From the human T2T-CHM13v2.0 reference genome, Homo sapiens, in NCBI RefSeq assembly GCF_009914755.1, contig NC_060928.1: a DNA stretch of 64,000 nucleotides. The stretch is one strand, 5' to 3'. The position numbers and the translations under genes are program-made. Below are positions 1 through 13,686 of the stretch, one piece after another. Position 1 is the first letter of the stretch. Each line of letters begins with the position of its first letter. Below the pieces are notes generated by a model. It was not told where the DNA came from, made no database searches, and saw only the letters and a program-made list of their open reading frames with translations.

Positions 1-1879
1 TTTAATTACAAGTGGAGTCACAGCTTACCCTGTGCTGAATTCTCTGACTTCATATGAGAACTTCCTGTGAGACAGTCTCTGTGTAATGGTAAGTGTTCTC
101 TTAGGCTTTTCAGTCATTTCTGAAAGGCTCCCAGGGAAGTCGAGAGCCACAGAGAGGGAGCAGACTGTGCCTGAGAGATTTCCTGCTCATATAAATTTTA
201 AAACGCTGTATTGGTTTCTTCATGCATTCTCTTGACAGTGACGTAAGTGCCGATGCATTTCCTGCTCAGCAGAAATTTAATCCAGGTGATGTGCTGGCGG
301 ACATCACCATTACCTTCAATTTCTATTGGGAGGAGAAAACAATGACACATGAAATGCCTTGAAGAAACTTACAAAGCTTTTCACTCTTCACTCTGAAGAA
401 TTCAGCAACCACTCTGAGACTTCAGAGTCAGAACAAAATATTTTCATATGGGAAAAATAAATCCTGGCTTAGGGCTCTCTGGTATTAAATTAAAATAAAA
501 AACCTGCAATAAAGACTAGGCTGTCACACTGATGTCCAGTGGATGATTGAGAAATTATCCAAGTACAAAAGAGATAGGGTAGCTTAGTTCGGAGGGTACT
601 GAATTTCTTGAGTCTTGCTGATATGATTCTTTTTAGCACTGCTTTTGGTTTGCATTTTAAAATTGATTTGGCTAAATGACCCACCAAAGTCATAAAACTA
701 AGCTCATTCGTGGCATAGTGAACACTCCCAGTCAAGGTTTCTGCAACCATACCCACCTTATGTTGAAGACTTTTTAGTTCTAAAGTTCTGTTTCTAAGAT
801 ACCCTGAGATTTCTTGGGATTTTATCATAGCAGCATTGAATGTTGAAAGTAGCTGCAGAAAACTCCCCTTATTGGTGAACATCTGCCAGGCAGAGTTCAA
901 TTCTGCAAGTCAGTTCCTCAGCTATCTCCAGGATGCCACAGGAAACCCACAGGGATGTGCACAGCCCCTTCTTCCATAGACTCTTGAGAATTTTTTATGC
1001 TTTTGGGGAATCCAAATCATCTTGCTGAGAGAGGATTTAACATCCTGTAGTATATGTAATGGGTAGTTAATTTCAGACATCACTTACAAGCCACAGGCAA
1101 ACCCATGGCCTCCTTCACATGTCTTCTCATGCCTCCTTTTTTTTCCACACACTCTTTAAAGTACAGTTCTTATTTCATAAGAAGCTTTTTAGATTTTTTA
1201 AGGGGTACAATGTTTGCTTCTCTTTTCTTTCTCCTGTCTATTACGTTTTTTTACCTTCCTACTTCCTCTCTTTCCCTTTCCTCTCTTTCTTTTAGGCATC
1301 AACAGCATCCAGCAGGAGGACCATCCGCATGTGCCCAAAGGCTCAATGAGGTAGAGCCACCTTGTTGGAGCTAGCAACTCTTTCCCTGCGCTCGCCTCTC
1401 ATTGCCACAGCGGGCTGTGCTTAGGACTTTCATGAGACTCTTACTTCAGTTTATGGTACAGTGGGGAAAGTGCCCTGTGCTCAGTCAAGTAGTTGGGGCT
1501 CTTTTTTTTTTTTTTTTAACATAACACTTTTAGCCAGAATTTCTGGGTTTAGGTTTATAACTAAAAGGCTTAATTAACATGAAAAACATTTAATATATTA
1601 TGAGGCTGAAGAGATACTATATTTTTGAAAAACTCCCCCTTACTCCTTGCCACCGAAACAAAAATCTTTTGCCTGCCCTCATTTAATGCATGATAGTCAA
1701 GAGCTTAAGGCATGCACTGTTCCCTGAGTCCACTGGGGTGCTCATGTTTCATTCTCCAACCTGCTCAGGATCCCAGCTGAAGGCTCCACTTTCAGCCTTT
1801 CTGCACACACAAGCAGCCCCATGACTTCCCTCCCACAGTTACACTAACACCTGCAGTGCACACACGCCATACCAGGCAG

Positions 1880-2075
1880 CAGTGCTGTGCTAAGGGGCAC
1901 GCCAGGGGCGGTACACCAGGCACAGGCAGGAAGGGAGTACACTGTCGATAATAAAACTGATTAAAATCCTACTTTTATTGTCACCATGTGCTGCAATTCT
2001 AAACAATGTCAGTGGCTAAAATATGTCTCCTGGCAGAGTGAGTGGCTCCCATCACCCCCTCCTTGGTATGTCCTT
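1880..2075 (+). mobile_element. Degenerate hAT-Tip100 (Arthur1/ORSL-like) DNA transposon
   Basis: Internal segment aataaaactgattaaaa...ttttattgtcaccatgtgctgcaattctaaacaatgtcagtg resembles the family consensus as I recall it; TIR-like ends. Confidence 0.45.
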
Positions 2076-2875
2076 CCCTGGCACCTTCAGAGGAGAAGAG
2101 GAAAATCATAGTTTCGTGTGTCTTTTAATTTTCTTGTCTCTCTCTCTCTCAAAGTCTTTCCCTTTGCTCCCCTTCCCTACCCTCAAAACCATAACCTACA
2201 GAACTGTCACTTTGTTAGTGTCTTCCCTGGGGTAGAAGAGCCACTTGGAGTGTCCATAGACTTATGAAGCCCTTTGATTATCAATGTAGACCTCATACTC
2301 CACCATGCTGGCATTTTCTATATCATACCACTGTCATTCAAGTGACTTTGGTCAGAAATATGAACTTGGTTTTCTGGCCTCTTTAAATAATCCTAGCTGA
2401 GAGCAGCCCTGCATTTTGAGATCCAGATGAATGCAGACATTAACCTCATTCGTACCTGGTACAGTAGGGAACTCAGCATTATTCACTGCTTGTCTGGGAA
2501 TTCAAAGGAGTTGTGTTCCCCTTTGCATTATCAGCCGATAGCTCCCATATATGTTGTGCCTTTTCCACATTATATAGTTGCTGGTTCCTGGCTTCCAAAA
2601 TACGAACAGCTCAGGTTTGAAGATGTTTTTACTGGAGATTGTGATGGAAGATAGTACATAAAATTTAGTCCACCTGGACATTTCTCCCAATTTTTTTTTT
2701 TTTTTACCCCTACAGGGCTTAGTATCTTATGACCCTAGGCTAGAAGAACAGAACCCTTTTTCTCCCTCACTGAGTTCCCCTTTACCCCCAGGCTCTCATT
2801 AATTTCTTACTCAGAAAATTGTAGACATTTTCATTTTATCCTGTTCTATCTCCACTGTCCCTAAATGTTTATTGA

Positions 2876-3167
<292 letters not shown>

Positions 3168-6100
3168 TTTTTTTTAAAAAAAAATACTCATTGAAGCATG
3201 ATTTGAAAACTAAGAAAGCTTTTTTCCTGGAGAGGAATTTATCTGACATCTCTTTATTTTATTTTCCTCAAATTGTATTTCCTTCTAATTCTACTTAAGT
3301 CTGAATCTCTTTAGTACTCACATTAACAGGGACAAAAGCCATGTTGGATCTAGTGGCAGCATTGATTATTGAAGTATAAAAGGGCAAAATTGTCTACTCT
3401 TATAATTCTCTGAACCCTACTCTTAATAATGACCTCTTTGTGCACACATTTCCAACCATTCTCCATGGGAAAGAAGAAGAGAGAGAACATTTCTTCTGTA
3501 GTGAATGCAACACTTTTGTTTTTAATGGGATATTTTCAGTTCTCCTCCGTAGCAGCTCATTTTCTCTGTAATTTTATCCAGTTTATTTATATCACTTTTG
3601 TTCTTCCCGTCCTTATGCCTATAACCTGTCCTGTAATCCTTGAAATGTACATTTTCTAGTTCTGGATCCTGCTGGGTTCTTTTAACTTATACTATACTTA
3701 GAAATATATATACTTATATTTGTGATATAAACATACACAAAAGTATAAAAATGAGACACCCATGTAATATGAACAGATGTTAGCAGTTTACCTTGTTTTT
3801 CTCTGGTTTTTCTTTTTAAAAGAAATAAAATGTTGAAGATAGCCCTGTTGCAGTCCCATTCCTTTTTCATTTCCTGCTATCCTTCCCAGAAGTAACGAGT
3901 ATCCTATTTATGTCTCCTCTGTATGATTTTATAATCTGACTTCATATGTATGTAGCTACTGCAGTACATAGGATTATTGCGTGGGGTTGGAATTATTGTC
4001 TCTGAGTCTACAGCCCTTGTGCAGTATCTATCTTTTCTTGTCAACCTTGTTTCTCCCCTCCATAGCCCTCTGTGGACAAGGAGGCTAGAGGAAGCTAGTG
4101 CAGAAGGCACCCTGCCCTTTTCTGCCTCCTTCTTTCTCCTGGAACTTTCCATCTGTTGTACTGTCTGTTCTCACGTGTACCACACCATCTGACTCTACTT
4201 CCATTCTCTTTTTCTTCCTTTATTCTTGGCACCCCAGTGTTAAATCACATTTATGTCTATTTTTGGCTTTAGGATTAACACAAGCTTGATTTTTCTCTGC
4301 CATTATTTGGGAACAGGTAAAATGATGCTACTGAAAATCTGAGAAAGAAATGTAGTCTAATGACTTTCAATTATAGAAACATGCCTGAGGGAAGAAGGGG
4401 CAGAGCTAAATGTTTTGGAGGATCTGACACTTTACAGTATCAGATATGGATTACCTATAATTCTCATGTTTGTTGTTTAAGTGTAGTGCTAAAGGCACTT
4501 GCCAATAGGTTGATAGTGATCTTTCACAAAATTAGTTTGCTCAACAAAATTCTATTTATCCTTCTAGAAATTGGTAAGATCTCATTTTATGGCCCATGCA
4601 GTCCAGAGATTTTTACATTTCCCTTTAAATTATCCATAGCAAAGTTTAGTGTAAACAAACCTTTTCCTTCTTTCATTTAAAGTACATTATTTTCCTGTCA
4701 TGTGCAAGACACACTGCGAATGGAGAAGGATTGGGGCTATGCTCTTTGGGGATATACCAAATGACTATGACAAGTATTTGGGGGCTCAGAGGAGTTGATA
4801 GTCTTCAGTTGGAAAACAGATTACTTACTCAAATGTTACTAGGGAGAAGATTTATTCAGCTACTACTAGGGCAAACGTCTAGGGTGGGAGAGGAAGGGGA
4901 GGAGAGAGATGGCTTATTGCTGAACATGCATATGTATTTAAGGGACTATGTAAAGGACTGATTTTTGGCATTTGGTGGACATTCAGAATCCTTGAGTGTA
5001 TGTTTTTGCAGTGTTTGAGAAAAAGAATTTAGAGATGAACTATGTATAGTCCAGCTGTCACAAATTTTAATTCTATTATTAGGTCACAATTACCTTTCAT
5101 TTTTCTAATAGATATCTCTACATCACACATTCCATTATCTTTTCCTGACCTCCCAAATCCAAATAAACATTAAGGAGCTAAGAGTAAGAATGGAATGAAA
5201 TTGCCTAAAATCTTTATCAACTGTGGTCAGATTACACCTTTGGCCTTTCTAAATGCCCTTCTGTGTGGATTGTCTTAAGATTCTTCTTGTTCTGGAATAC
5301 AGTGGAGGTCTTTAACCATCTTCTTTTCATCTGCAAACCCTCATGTTTGTTTTCTCTGCATGGGACCCAGGACTTCTTACCTGGGGTCACCACTATCTTC
5401 CTCATGATTAAAAATTAAAATTAGGACATGCTGGCACCACATTAGTGAAATCCCTACTCTGCTCCCATGAGAGGTGTCAGCAGGTGGAGTAGGAGGAGAG
5501 CGTGCTTTATAAATGGAAATGGAGCTTTTGTAGCATCTATTCAATCTGACATGTTTCCAGTTTACCATTAAGTCTCTTCTCAGCATACTTTCCTCCCCTG
5601 TCATTTATCATTTACACATACAAATGACAATTTTCTATTATACCAATAAGTGCTGAGAATTAACATTTTAGCCTCTTTTTCCAGTTTTAGAAAAGATCCC
5701 AGAACACTGGGACCTATGTTTGCATATGGTAAAGAATACCATCTGTTTTGTTTTTTAATTACACTTTAACTTTTTTTTTAACGTCTTAACTTTTATTTAA
5801 GAAAACAGGCTAGTTATTATTGCACCTAGAAAACCACGAGGGGCCTAATGAGTACACTGATGACATATCTGTTGATATGTCATCTTATCTAAAACATAAA
5901 ATTTTAGATTAAGAATTCTAGCCGGAAGTGACTTTAAAATGTTCTAAAATGAAGTTTTGCATTTTATGTTTTAGTAAATGTAAAAATTTTGAGATATTCA
6001 GAATGACACTTAAAATGTTCTCAAATGACAAAAAATGACACCATGTATTTCATGTTGTAGAAGTGGTCAAGGCAATGAGATCAAACCCAGAGGTTTTTGA

Positions 6101-7110
6101 TTTTTGTTTTTTTCCTGAAGCCACTAGTGTTTTGGTATTGACTATCTATGACAGCAGGGTAAGTGTGATATTCGATAAATGAATCTGTTTTCCAGGCTGA
6201 GGAGAAATAACATGTAAATTCTTGAAAGTCAATAGAGTGTAATGAAAAGCAAAAGCAAAAAAAAAAATTGTTGGGAATCAGGAGGTAGAAAGGTTTATTC
6301 AAGATTTTCCACAGAGTTCAGCTTAATAATGAGTTTCTGTACCTTTTTGGTTTTATAGTATACCTTATTTGGTTATAGTCTGTTCATCTGTCATATCTAG
6401 GGTTTGTTACTTTTCTACCTAGTTCCTTTACTTTCTGATGAGTTACAGTACTTAAGTATCTAATATGTGCCTAGTACCATGTTGGCAGGGCTTGTACATG
6501 TCATCTCATTTAATCATCAGCCTAGTCATTCAGCACCCTTAGAACAGGGGCTGGAACTGTGGCTCCAGCTCATCGCACTGAAGCAATGGTTCCCAAGTGC
6601 CAGTGTGCAGGTTGTTGTCCCTCCGTCATTACTCTTTTCCCAGTCTATGGGAAGGAATAGTAAATGGGCCTGTTGTAAAATTTTCAGAAAGTTAAAGATG
6701 TTATATTCCATTATTGTTTTCTTCCTTTGAAAAAAAAAGTTAAATGCTATTTGGTTCATAAAACAATAGTGATAGCAGAAAGCTTTTTTATATGTCCCAC
6801 CTTGTCAGAGTAAAACAATTGCATGTCTTTGTTGGTTCTCTCCTTCTCCCCTTTTGAAACCTGTTTATAGATCTAAGAGCTTTACAACAGCTGGCTTAAA
6901 AAATACTGTTTCACATGAAATTGTCATGTGTGCATGCCCATTTTAAGAGTAAAGTTTTTAAAATAGGAGGGGAAGGAAGAGGGTTTTTTTAGATATTTAA
7001 TATATATTTAGCAGTTGTTTAGGGTATAAATTTGATCTATTGGTAATGCAATTTTAAATGCTGCAGCTTCATTCTGACTGAGTTTTATCTTCATTGTTTT
7101 TTTTTTCTAA

Positions 7111-7237
7111 CTTTTTTTAAGAGATGGCATCTCACTATGTTGCCCAGTCAGGCCTTGAACCTCTAGGCTCAAGCTATCCTTCCACCTCAGCCTCCAGAAT
7201 AGCTGGGCCTACAGGCATGCACCACAGTATCAGCTTG
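7111..7237 (-). mobile_element. Alu monomer (FLAM/AluJ-like)
   Basis: Single antisense arm gagatggcatctcactatgttgcccag...ctacaggcatgcaccac. Confidence 0.75.
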
Positions 7238-7433
7238 CCTTTCATTGGCTTTTAACCTGTAAATATTTAATATAGCTTTTGGCAAGAAATATTCTTTAAG
7301 AAATTGTTTTTATTCCCTGGAAAGTTTTTCTTTTCCACTTTTCACTAACTAAAGCCATTGTTTCAGAATCACCTTGATTCGTTTTTGTTGGTCCTCTTCA
7401 ATGCTGTAATGCTTTGCTTTACTTTTTCCTTAG

Positions 7434-7609
7434 TGATACAAATGAAGTTGACATACCACCTAACACTCGAGTTGGCACCAAACGCTATATGCCTCCAGAA
7501 GTGTTGGACGAGAGCTTGAACAGAAATCACTTCCAGTCTTACATCATGGCTGACATGTATAGTTTTGGCCTCATCCTTTGGGAGGTTGCTAGGAGATGTG
7601 TATCAGGAG
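7434..7609 (+). CDS. BMPR1B: BMPR1B (ALK6) coding exon, third from last (exon 11 in the usual 13-exon numbering); kinase subdomains VIII-IX
   Basis: Translates (S)[58 protein letters not shown](G), the BMPR1B type I receptor kinase sequence. Acceptor ctttttccttag ends at 7433 and donor gtaaga starts at 7610; 176 nt. Confidence 0.97.
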
Positions 7610-9027
7610 GTAAGAAACAGTGCTGTCTTTGAAAAGCTACTATTGGAGCTACTATAAATCCTTTCTTTCTGATCAGAAATCAAAGTTATCATACTGTCTA
7701 TAAGATCTGGTTTTATTTTCCCCTTTATTTCTGTTGATGCAGTCATAGTGCTTCCAGGAAATTATATTCGACATCCTAGAATAATCTTTGACTGCTTCCT
7801 TCCTCCAGCTGCCACTAGACACACTGTCAGCTTCCCCTGCTTTTTCAAGCATCACTGTTTTCTGCTCTGTGTATTGTCTTATTTCTGTCTTGGGTTCTTC
7901 CTCCAGCAGTTGCTCGATGAAATCAAACCCCCTTTTCTGTCCCTGCCAGTTTATTCTCACCTAGCTGCTGGGCCCCATCCCCAACTCCATTCCCTGGGAT
8001 TTCCTCTGCAGAGATGACAGTAGGCCATAAATGTGGGGTCGGACACCCATTTCTTACCTTCTGTATTTTTTATAAAACTTCCCCATAAAGCAATTTGAAA
8101 ACATCAGTTTTTTATCAAAAGGAAATTAAAGTATCAGAGTATTATTTTTTTATATTGTTTTTTCTACACATATGAGGATTCCCTAGTAAAAACAATTATA
8201 ATGAACAAGAAGACATATTTAAATATTCAGAAGTATTATTACTTGTACTATTTTGATTGCTCTACAGTCTGTCTTCGAGTAGATTCTGACACCTTTTAGG
8301 CAAGGAGCTGAATCTTTGGCTTTTCTGTATCAACTCTTCTGTATGTTATTCCATGGTTGTGCTCATTAAAAAACCTTGATGCTGCTGCTGTTCCTCATAA
8401 TGGCCAATTTAAGTCTATCTTCATGAAAACATGAGCTTGCTGAAGATTCTGAAAGTGCAGCATGCACTTAACTAGTACTGAGATGTGTTCTTGTTCCTGC
8501 TATTTATCTGTGATGCCTTGGACAGGTTATAAACTTTTCTTTGTTTCAGAGTCCTCTTAAAGATGAATTGAATTATTGTATCTGCTTCTGTGGTTGTATG
8601 GTTTCAATGTAAAGATAATGAGAACTGCCTGGCACATAAATAGCACTCAATACATGTTAGCTATTATTACTATTAATACTTTTCATTTTGGTTGGTAGAG
8701 CCATAACATCTTTAGGTTCATATTTAAATACAAAGAAGAAACAGTTAATCAACCTGCATTCACACTTCAATAGAAAGATCATTATCAGTGGCACAGTGCC
8801 TTCTAATAATCACTTTGGGAATTCTGAACCTGTTTTAAGAAATTTGAAATAGAACACATACTCTCTGAAGTGAGGGAACTATTTTGTCCAAAAGGAAAGT
8901 TAATGCAGGAAATTTTCTCTAACCAGATATTGAATAAATTTCTCATTCTAAGTGTAAAGAAGAAGTAACCAAAAAATTTAACAAATTGTCTATGCCTTGA
9001 TTTCACGCATTATAAAGAGTAGATAAG

Positions 9028-9156
9028 CCTCACGTTTGCATTCCCAGCATTTTGGGAGTCCAAGCGGGGAGGATCAGTTGAAGCCAGGAGTTGAGGACTA
9101 GTCTGGGCAATAGATTGGGACCCAGTCTGTATTTAAAAAGAAAAAAAAAAAAAACA
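9028..9156 (+). mobile_element. Alu monomer (FLAM-like)
   Basis: Left-arm sequence plus poly(A), with a degenerate TSD agtagataagcct (9018-9030) / agtagacgagcct (9157-9169). Confidence 0.75.
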
Positions 9157-9474
9157 AGTAGACGAGCCTTTTAAAAAATAATATGCTTATACTTAATTAA
9201 GATAGCTTTATGGAAGTTGAAGGTGTAGAGAACAAGGTTATTTTTCTAATTATGTTTTCTTGAACATCTAAAACAAACAGGGCTACAGGAAGCCTATATT
9301 TGAAAGCCTGTGGGCCAAATACAGGAGAAATTATTCTCAGCTTAAAAACAAAGTAGCTTTATATAAACAGCAGGGTATTAATTGCTGTGCTAGGGTATTA
9401 ATTTGCTTTGCTAGGGCTGTCTTTGGATGTGGAGATTTGCTATAATGTTGCCTTATTGTTAGAGGTGTTGGAGT

Positions 9475-9660
9475 CCCTGCTCTGTCCCATACCAACTGAA
9501 TGGACTTGGGCAAGTTACTTAACCCCTGAGAGCCAAGTTTCCTCATCTGAGTAGTGTGGAGAATAATGTCATCTCAGAAACGCATTTGTGAGAATTTAAT
9601 AAGATAATTTATATAGCATACCTGTTTCCACAACTGGGATAGAGGAAGCTCTCAATAAGC
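9475..9660 (+). mobile_element. MIR
   Basis: gacttgggcaagttacttaacccctgagagccaagtttcctcatctg...gtgagaatttaataagataat. Confidence 0.7.
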
Positions 9661-11178
9661 GATTTTATTTTTCCAGAGAGGCAAAGCACACAAAATTCTA
9701 TTTTCTAACACTTTATGAAGATATTAGAAGTTTTTTGGGCTTATCTTTCTAGTCCAGGCCCTTCTGGGTGAAAGAGACACATCCAGATGTAGGCCTTTCC
9801 ATCTTTTAAAGGAGAAGAAAGACAGAAAGGTTTGAGGTTTCAAACAGAGTTAAATGGCAGCTAACAGGAAATTTTGAAAACTTGATTACATGACATGGAG
9901 AAAAGAATAAGGCCTATTATTCAACAGTTAGATTTGAGTAATTCATAATTTTAAGTGGTGAGCTCTGCCTTCGTCTGTTGTAGTAGATACACCTACCCCA
10001 CCCCATCCATCAGTCCATCCACCAGCGGAAAATAGGAGATGGGTTAAAGAGATGTGGGCTTTGCCTTCAGGCTGTTTCCAGGGCCATGGTCCTGAGAATG
10101 AGAAAGGGAGAAAGAACTGAAATGAAGCAGAGCACATCCTGCGTGTTAGGCCCTGTGCTTTTCTTATCTCATATGGAGGTAAAACACAGTGAAAGGAAAT
10201 ATTAACATAGATAATACATATAATTAGCTCTGTGGTCACAGCAGGGCACAGGACAAATGGTGAGTTGGAATGGTCTGAAAAAACTTCTGAACCTTCTGGT
10301 CCTTGATGATTTTATAACAGATTTGAGTTTACAAGAAAGAACATAACACAGACCCCAGATTTTGGCAGAGTAAGCCCCCAGTGAATTTAACGATGTGATA
10401 TATAATCTGCCAACTTGACGGCATCATCTTTTTCAGATGAAAAGCAATGATATTTCTATAAAAGATGATTTAGGATAGGGAGGAGGGGTGCTCCCAAAAG
10501 ATTGTTCAGAGCAGCAGCCTCTAATGTAATTATTATAAGGAGTTAATCTTAAGAAGGTGAAAAAGAAGATACTAGAAGCCTGCATTTTTAAAGGAGAAGA
10601 GGAAGAAGGTAGAAATTAAATACTAGGAACAATAAAATGAAAGTTTAGTGTGCATTTTTATGAAGATGCTATAGATTTATATTTCTTTTCTTTTAACAAT
10701 ACATATTTTTTCTAATAGTAATGTATTCCTTACTGAAAATTTGGATAAATATAGGAAAAAAATCAGATAATCCTTGAACCTAAAAAATTCATGGTTAATA
10801 TTTTTGGGTGTCTGTAATTTTCTAAATTTTTAATGTGCAAAACCACATTCCTACAATTAAGCAGAAAAAATGTAAATCTGACATTTTGTTCAAGTAGGAT
10901 ACACTTCTGAATTTATTATGATATTCATAGTTTCATACTATAGTAATAGAAACAGTCACATGTAGTATGAGTTCAGGATATGTCTTGCAGATTTGCATTG
11001 AGATTTAATATAGATTTGTCTTTTAATTTGTTCTTCATAAAAATGGAAATAAATTTAAGATGCTTGTTTTACTTAGCTTTTGGAAATTAGGAAAGAAAGG
11101 CTTGAAGACCTATGACAATATTTTTCATTGGGCTTTGTATTCATTTTTTCTAAATTAGATTAAGTACCATTTGGGTAA

Positions 11179-11484
<306 letters not shown>

Positions 11485-12237
11485 TGACTGACTTCTAAAT
11501 AGACTTTTCTTTTTTAGCTAAAATTCCACATATTGATTGTAGGAATTCTTCTTTTTTTGATGGTGATGGTGATGGCGCCTCATTGCAGTAATTTATATGA
11601 AGATAAGTGTAGTATGTTAAATTACTTGTTCTACTTTTCCAATTTTATTTTGCCACTTCCAGAATATATTGAGTGAGTTGGTCAGTGTTTAGCCTGCATA
11701 ACAAATAACATTATTTTCTTTATTTATAATGTCTTGACATTTGCATAAAACCTATTATTTCTCTGTGTGTGTTTTTAAAGCATCATAATTTTTCTCTGTG
11801 ACAAACCCATGTACAGCATTCTCCCATTTTGATTAGAGAAAAAAAGTAGGCATGTTAAAGTGATACAGGTTGACCTAGTTAAGATGCCTGACTGTGCTGG
11901 GTGTCTTTGTTAATAAGGATGACGAGATGTGATTTGAACAAATCCACCTTCAGCTTGGCTCTAAGGCTGTAGTGGTGAAACCTACATAGGTCTGGAAAGC
12001 AGCGGCTAGTAAGGAAGAAATGAGTCTTGCCTTTCCTGACTCCTCCTCCTGTTCCACATTCCTCTCCTTCCACCCTCGCAGCCTTCAAACTCACCATGTT
12101 CTAGAGTTCTCTGGCAGACTGGAATGTTCAAGATGAGTTTGAAGCACCACTGGAAAAAAAAACAGGCTCTTATCAAACGTACCAAAGCACTGCAAAGGGG
12201 GGACAGAGCACTATTTCTGAAGTGTAAAAGCCATTTA

Positions 12238-12556
<319 letters not shown>

Positions 12557-13180
12557 ACACCTTTGGCTCATTGGTTTTGTGTCTAGTTACTAAAATGCTA
12601 AATAATATATACGTTTTCCAGCAAGCTGTGCAGAAAGCTTTATGAGATGCTGGAGCTCTGTTATTGTGGGCTTTTGGTGTTACTTGATATCTCTTCACTG
12701 AGGATTTCTTATGAAGTGAAATTGTACTTTTCAATAGGAAGACCAATAATTGATGTACCACAGGAGAAAGTTTTAGTGATGCTGTGCACAGGTCATTAAT
12801 CTTGTTAAATGGTGCAGTGTGATGCTATTACTGCAGCAGACAGCTATGATTTAGGAATAACTGTGTTTGTTTGCATAGTATGGAATTAGATAAAAGATTA
12901 AAACTTATCAAGTGTTATAAACAATCTGGGAGTATTGAGTGGAATACAGACTCCCTGGGTATTTTTATGTTTGCTTAACACTAATTTCAAAGACACCTTT
13001 CTACAATCAGCAGAACCACCTGCTTGTTTCTATCACAAAGAAGACATGAACATCTGTTTTAGTCATATATAATTTTGCATGAAAAAAGCTTACAGAATTT
13101 TACTTCTACATGGTTTTAAGGGTACCTTTTAAAAATATATTCAAACTTAATGAACCTAAAACTAAAAAGCTACATTGTAA

Positions 13181-13357
<177 letters not shown>

Positions 13358-13497
13358 TAGGAGAGGAAAAGTAAGCATCTCTGCAGAAAGCCAACAGGTA
13401 CTCTTCTGTTTGTGGGCAGAGCAAAAGACATCAAATAAGCATCCACAGTACAAGCCTTGAACATCGTCCTGCTTCCCAGTGGGTTCAGACCTCACCT

Positions 13498-13505
13498 TTC
13501 AGGGA
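13498..13505 (+). promoter_or_regulatory. miR-125 seed site in the BMPR1B 3'UTR, weakened allele
   Basis: TTCAGGGA is a 7mer-A1 match to miR-125 (UCCCUGAG...); a C at 13498 would give the 8mer CTCAGGGA. Confidence 0.65.
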
Positions 13506-13680
13506 GCGACCTGGGCAAAGACAGAGAAGCTCCCAGAAGGAGAGATTGATCCGTGTCTGTTTGTAGGACGGAGAAACCGCTTGGGTAACTTGTTCAAGAT
13601 ATGATGCATGTTGCTTTCTAAGAAAGCCCTGTATTTTGTGATTGCCTTTTTTTTTTTTTAAGATGCTTTCATTTTGCCAA

Positions 13681-13686
13681 AATAAA
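13681..13686 (+). terminator. BMPR1B: Candidate proximal BMPR1B poly(A) signal
   Basis: AATAAA ~320 nt after the stop codon, followed by GT-rich tgtggatggttt. Confidence 0.45.

Noticed and set aside
490-900. 136-aa minus-strand ORF in the BMPR1B intron
   Set aside because: Non-ATG start, no recognisable domain and no splice or promoter support.
3344-3362. Partial CTCF-like motif (gccactagatcc on -)
   Set aside because: It lacks the essential GGC half of the core.
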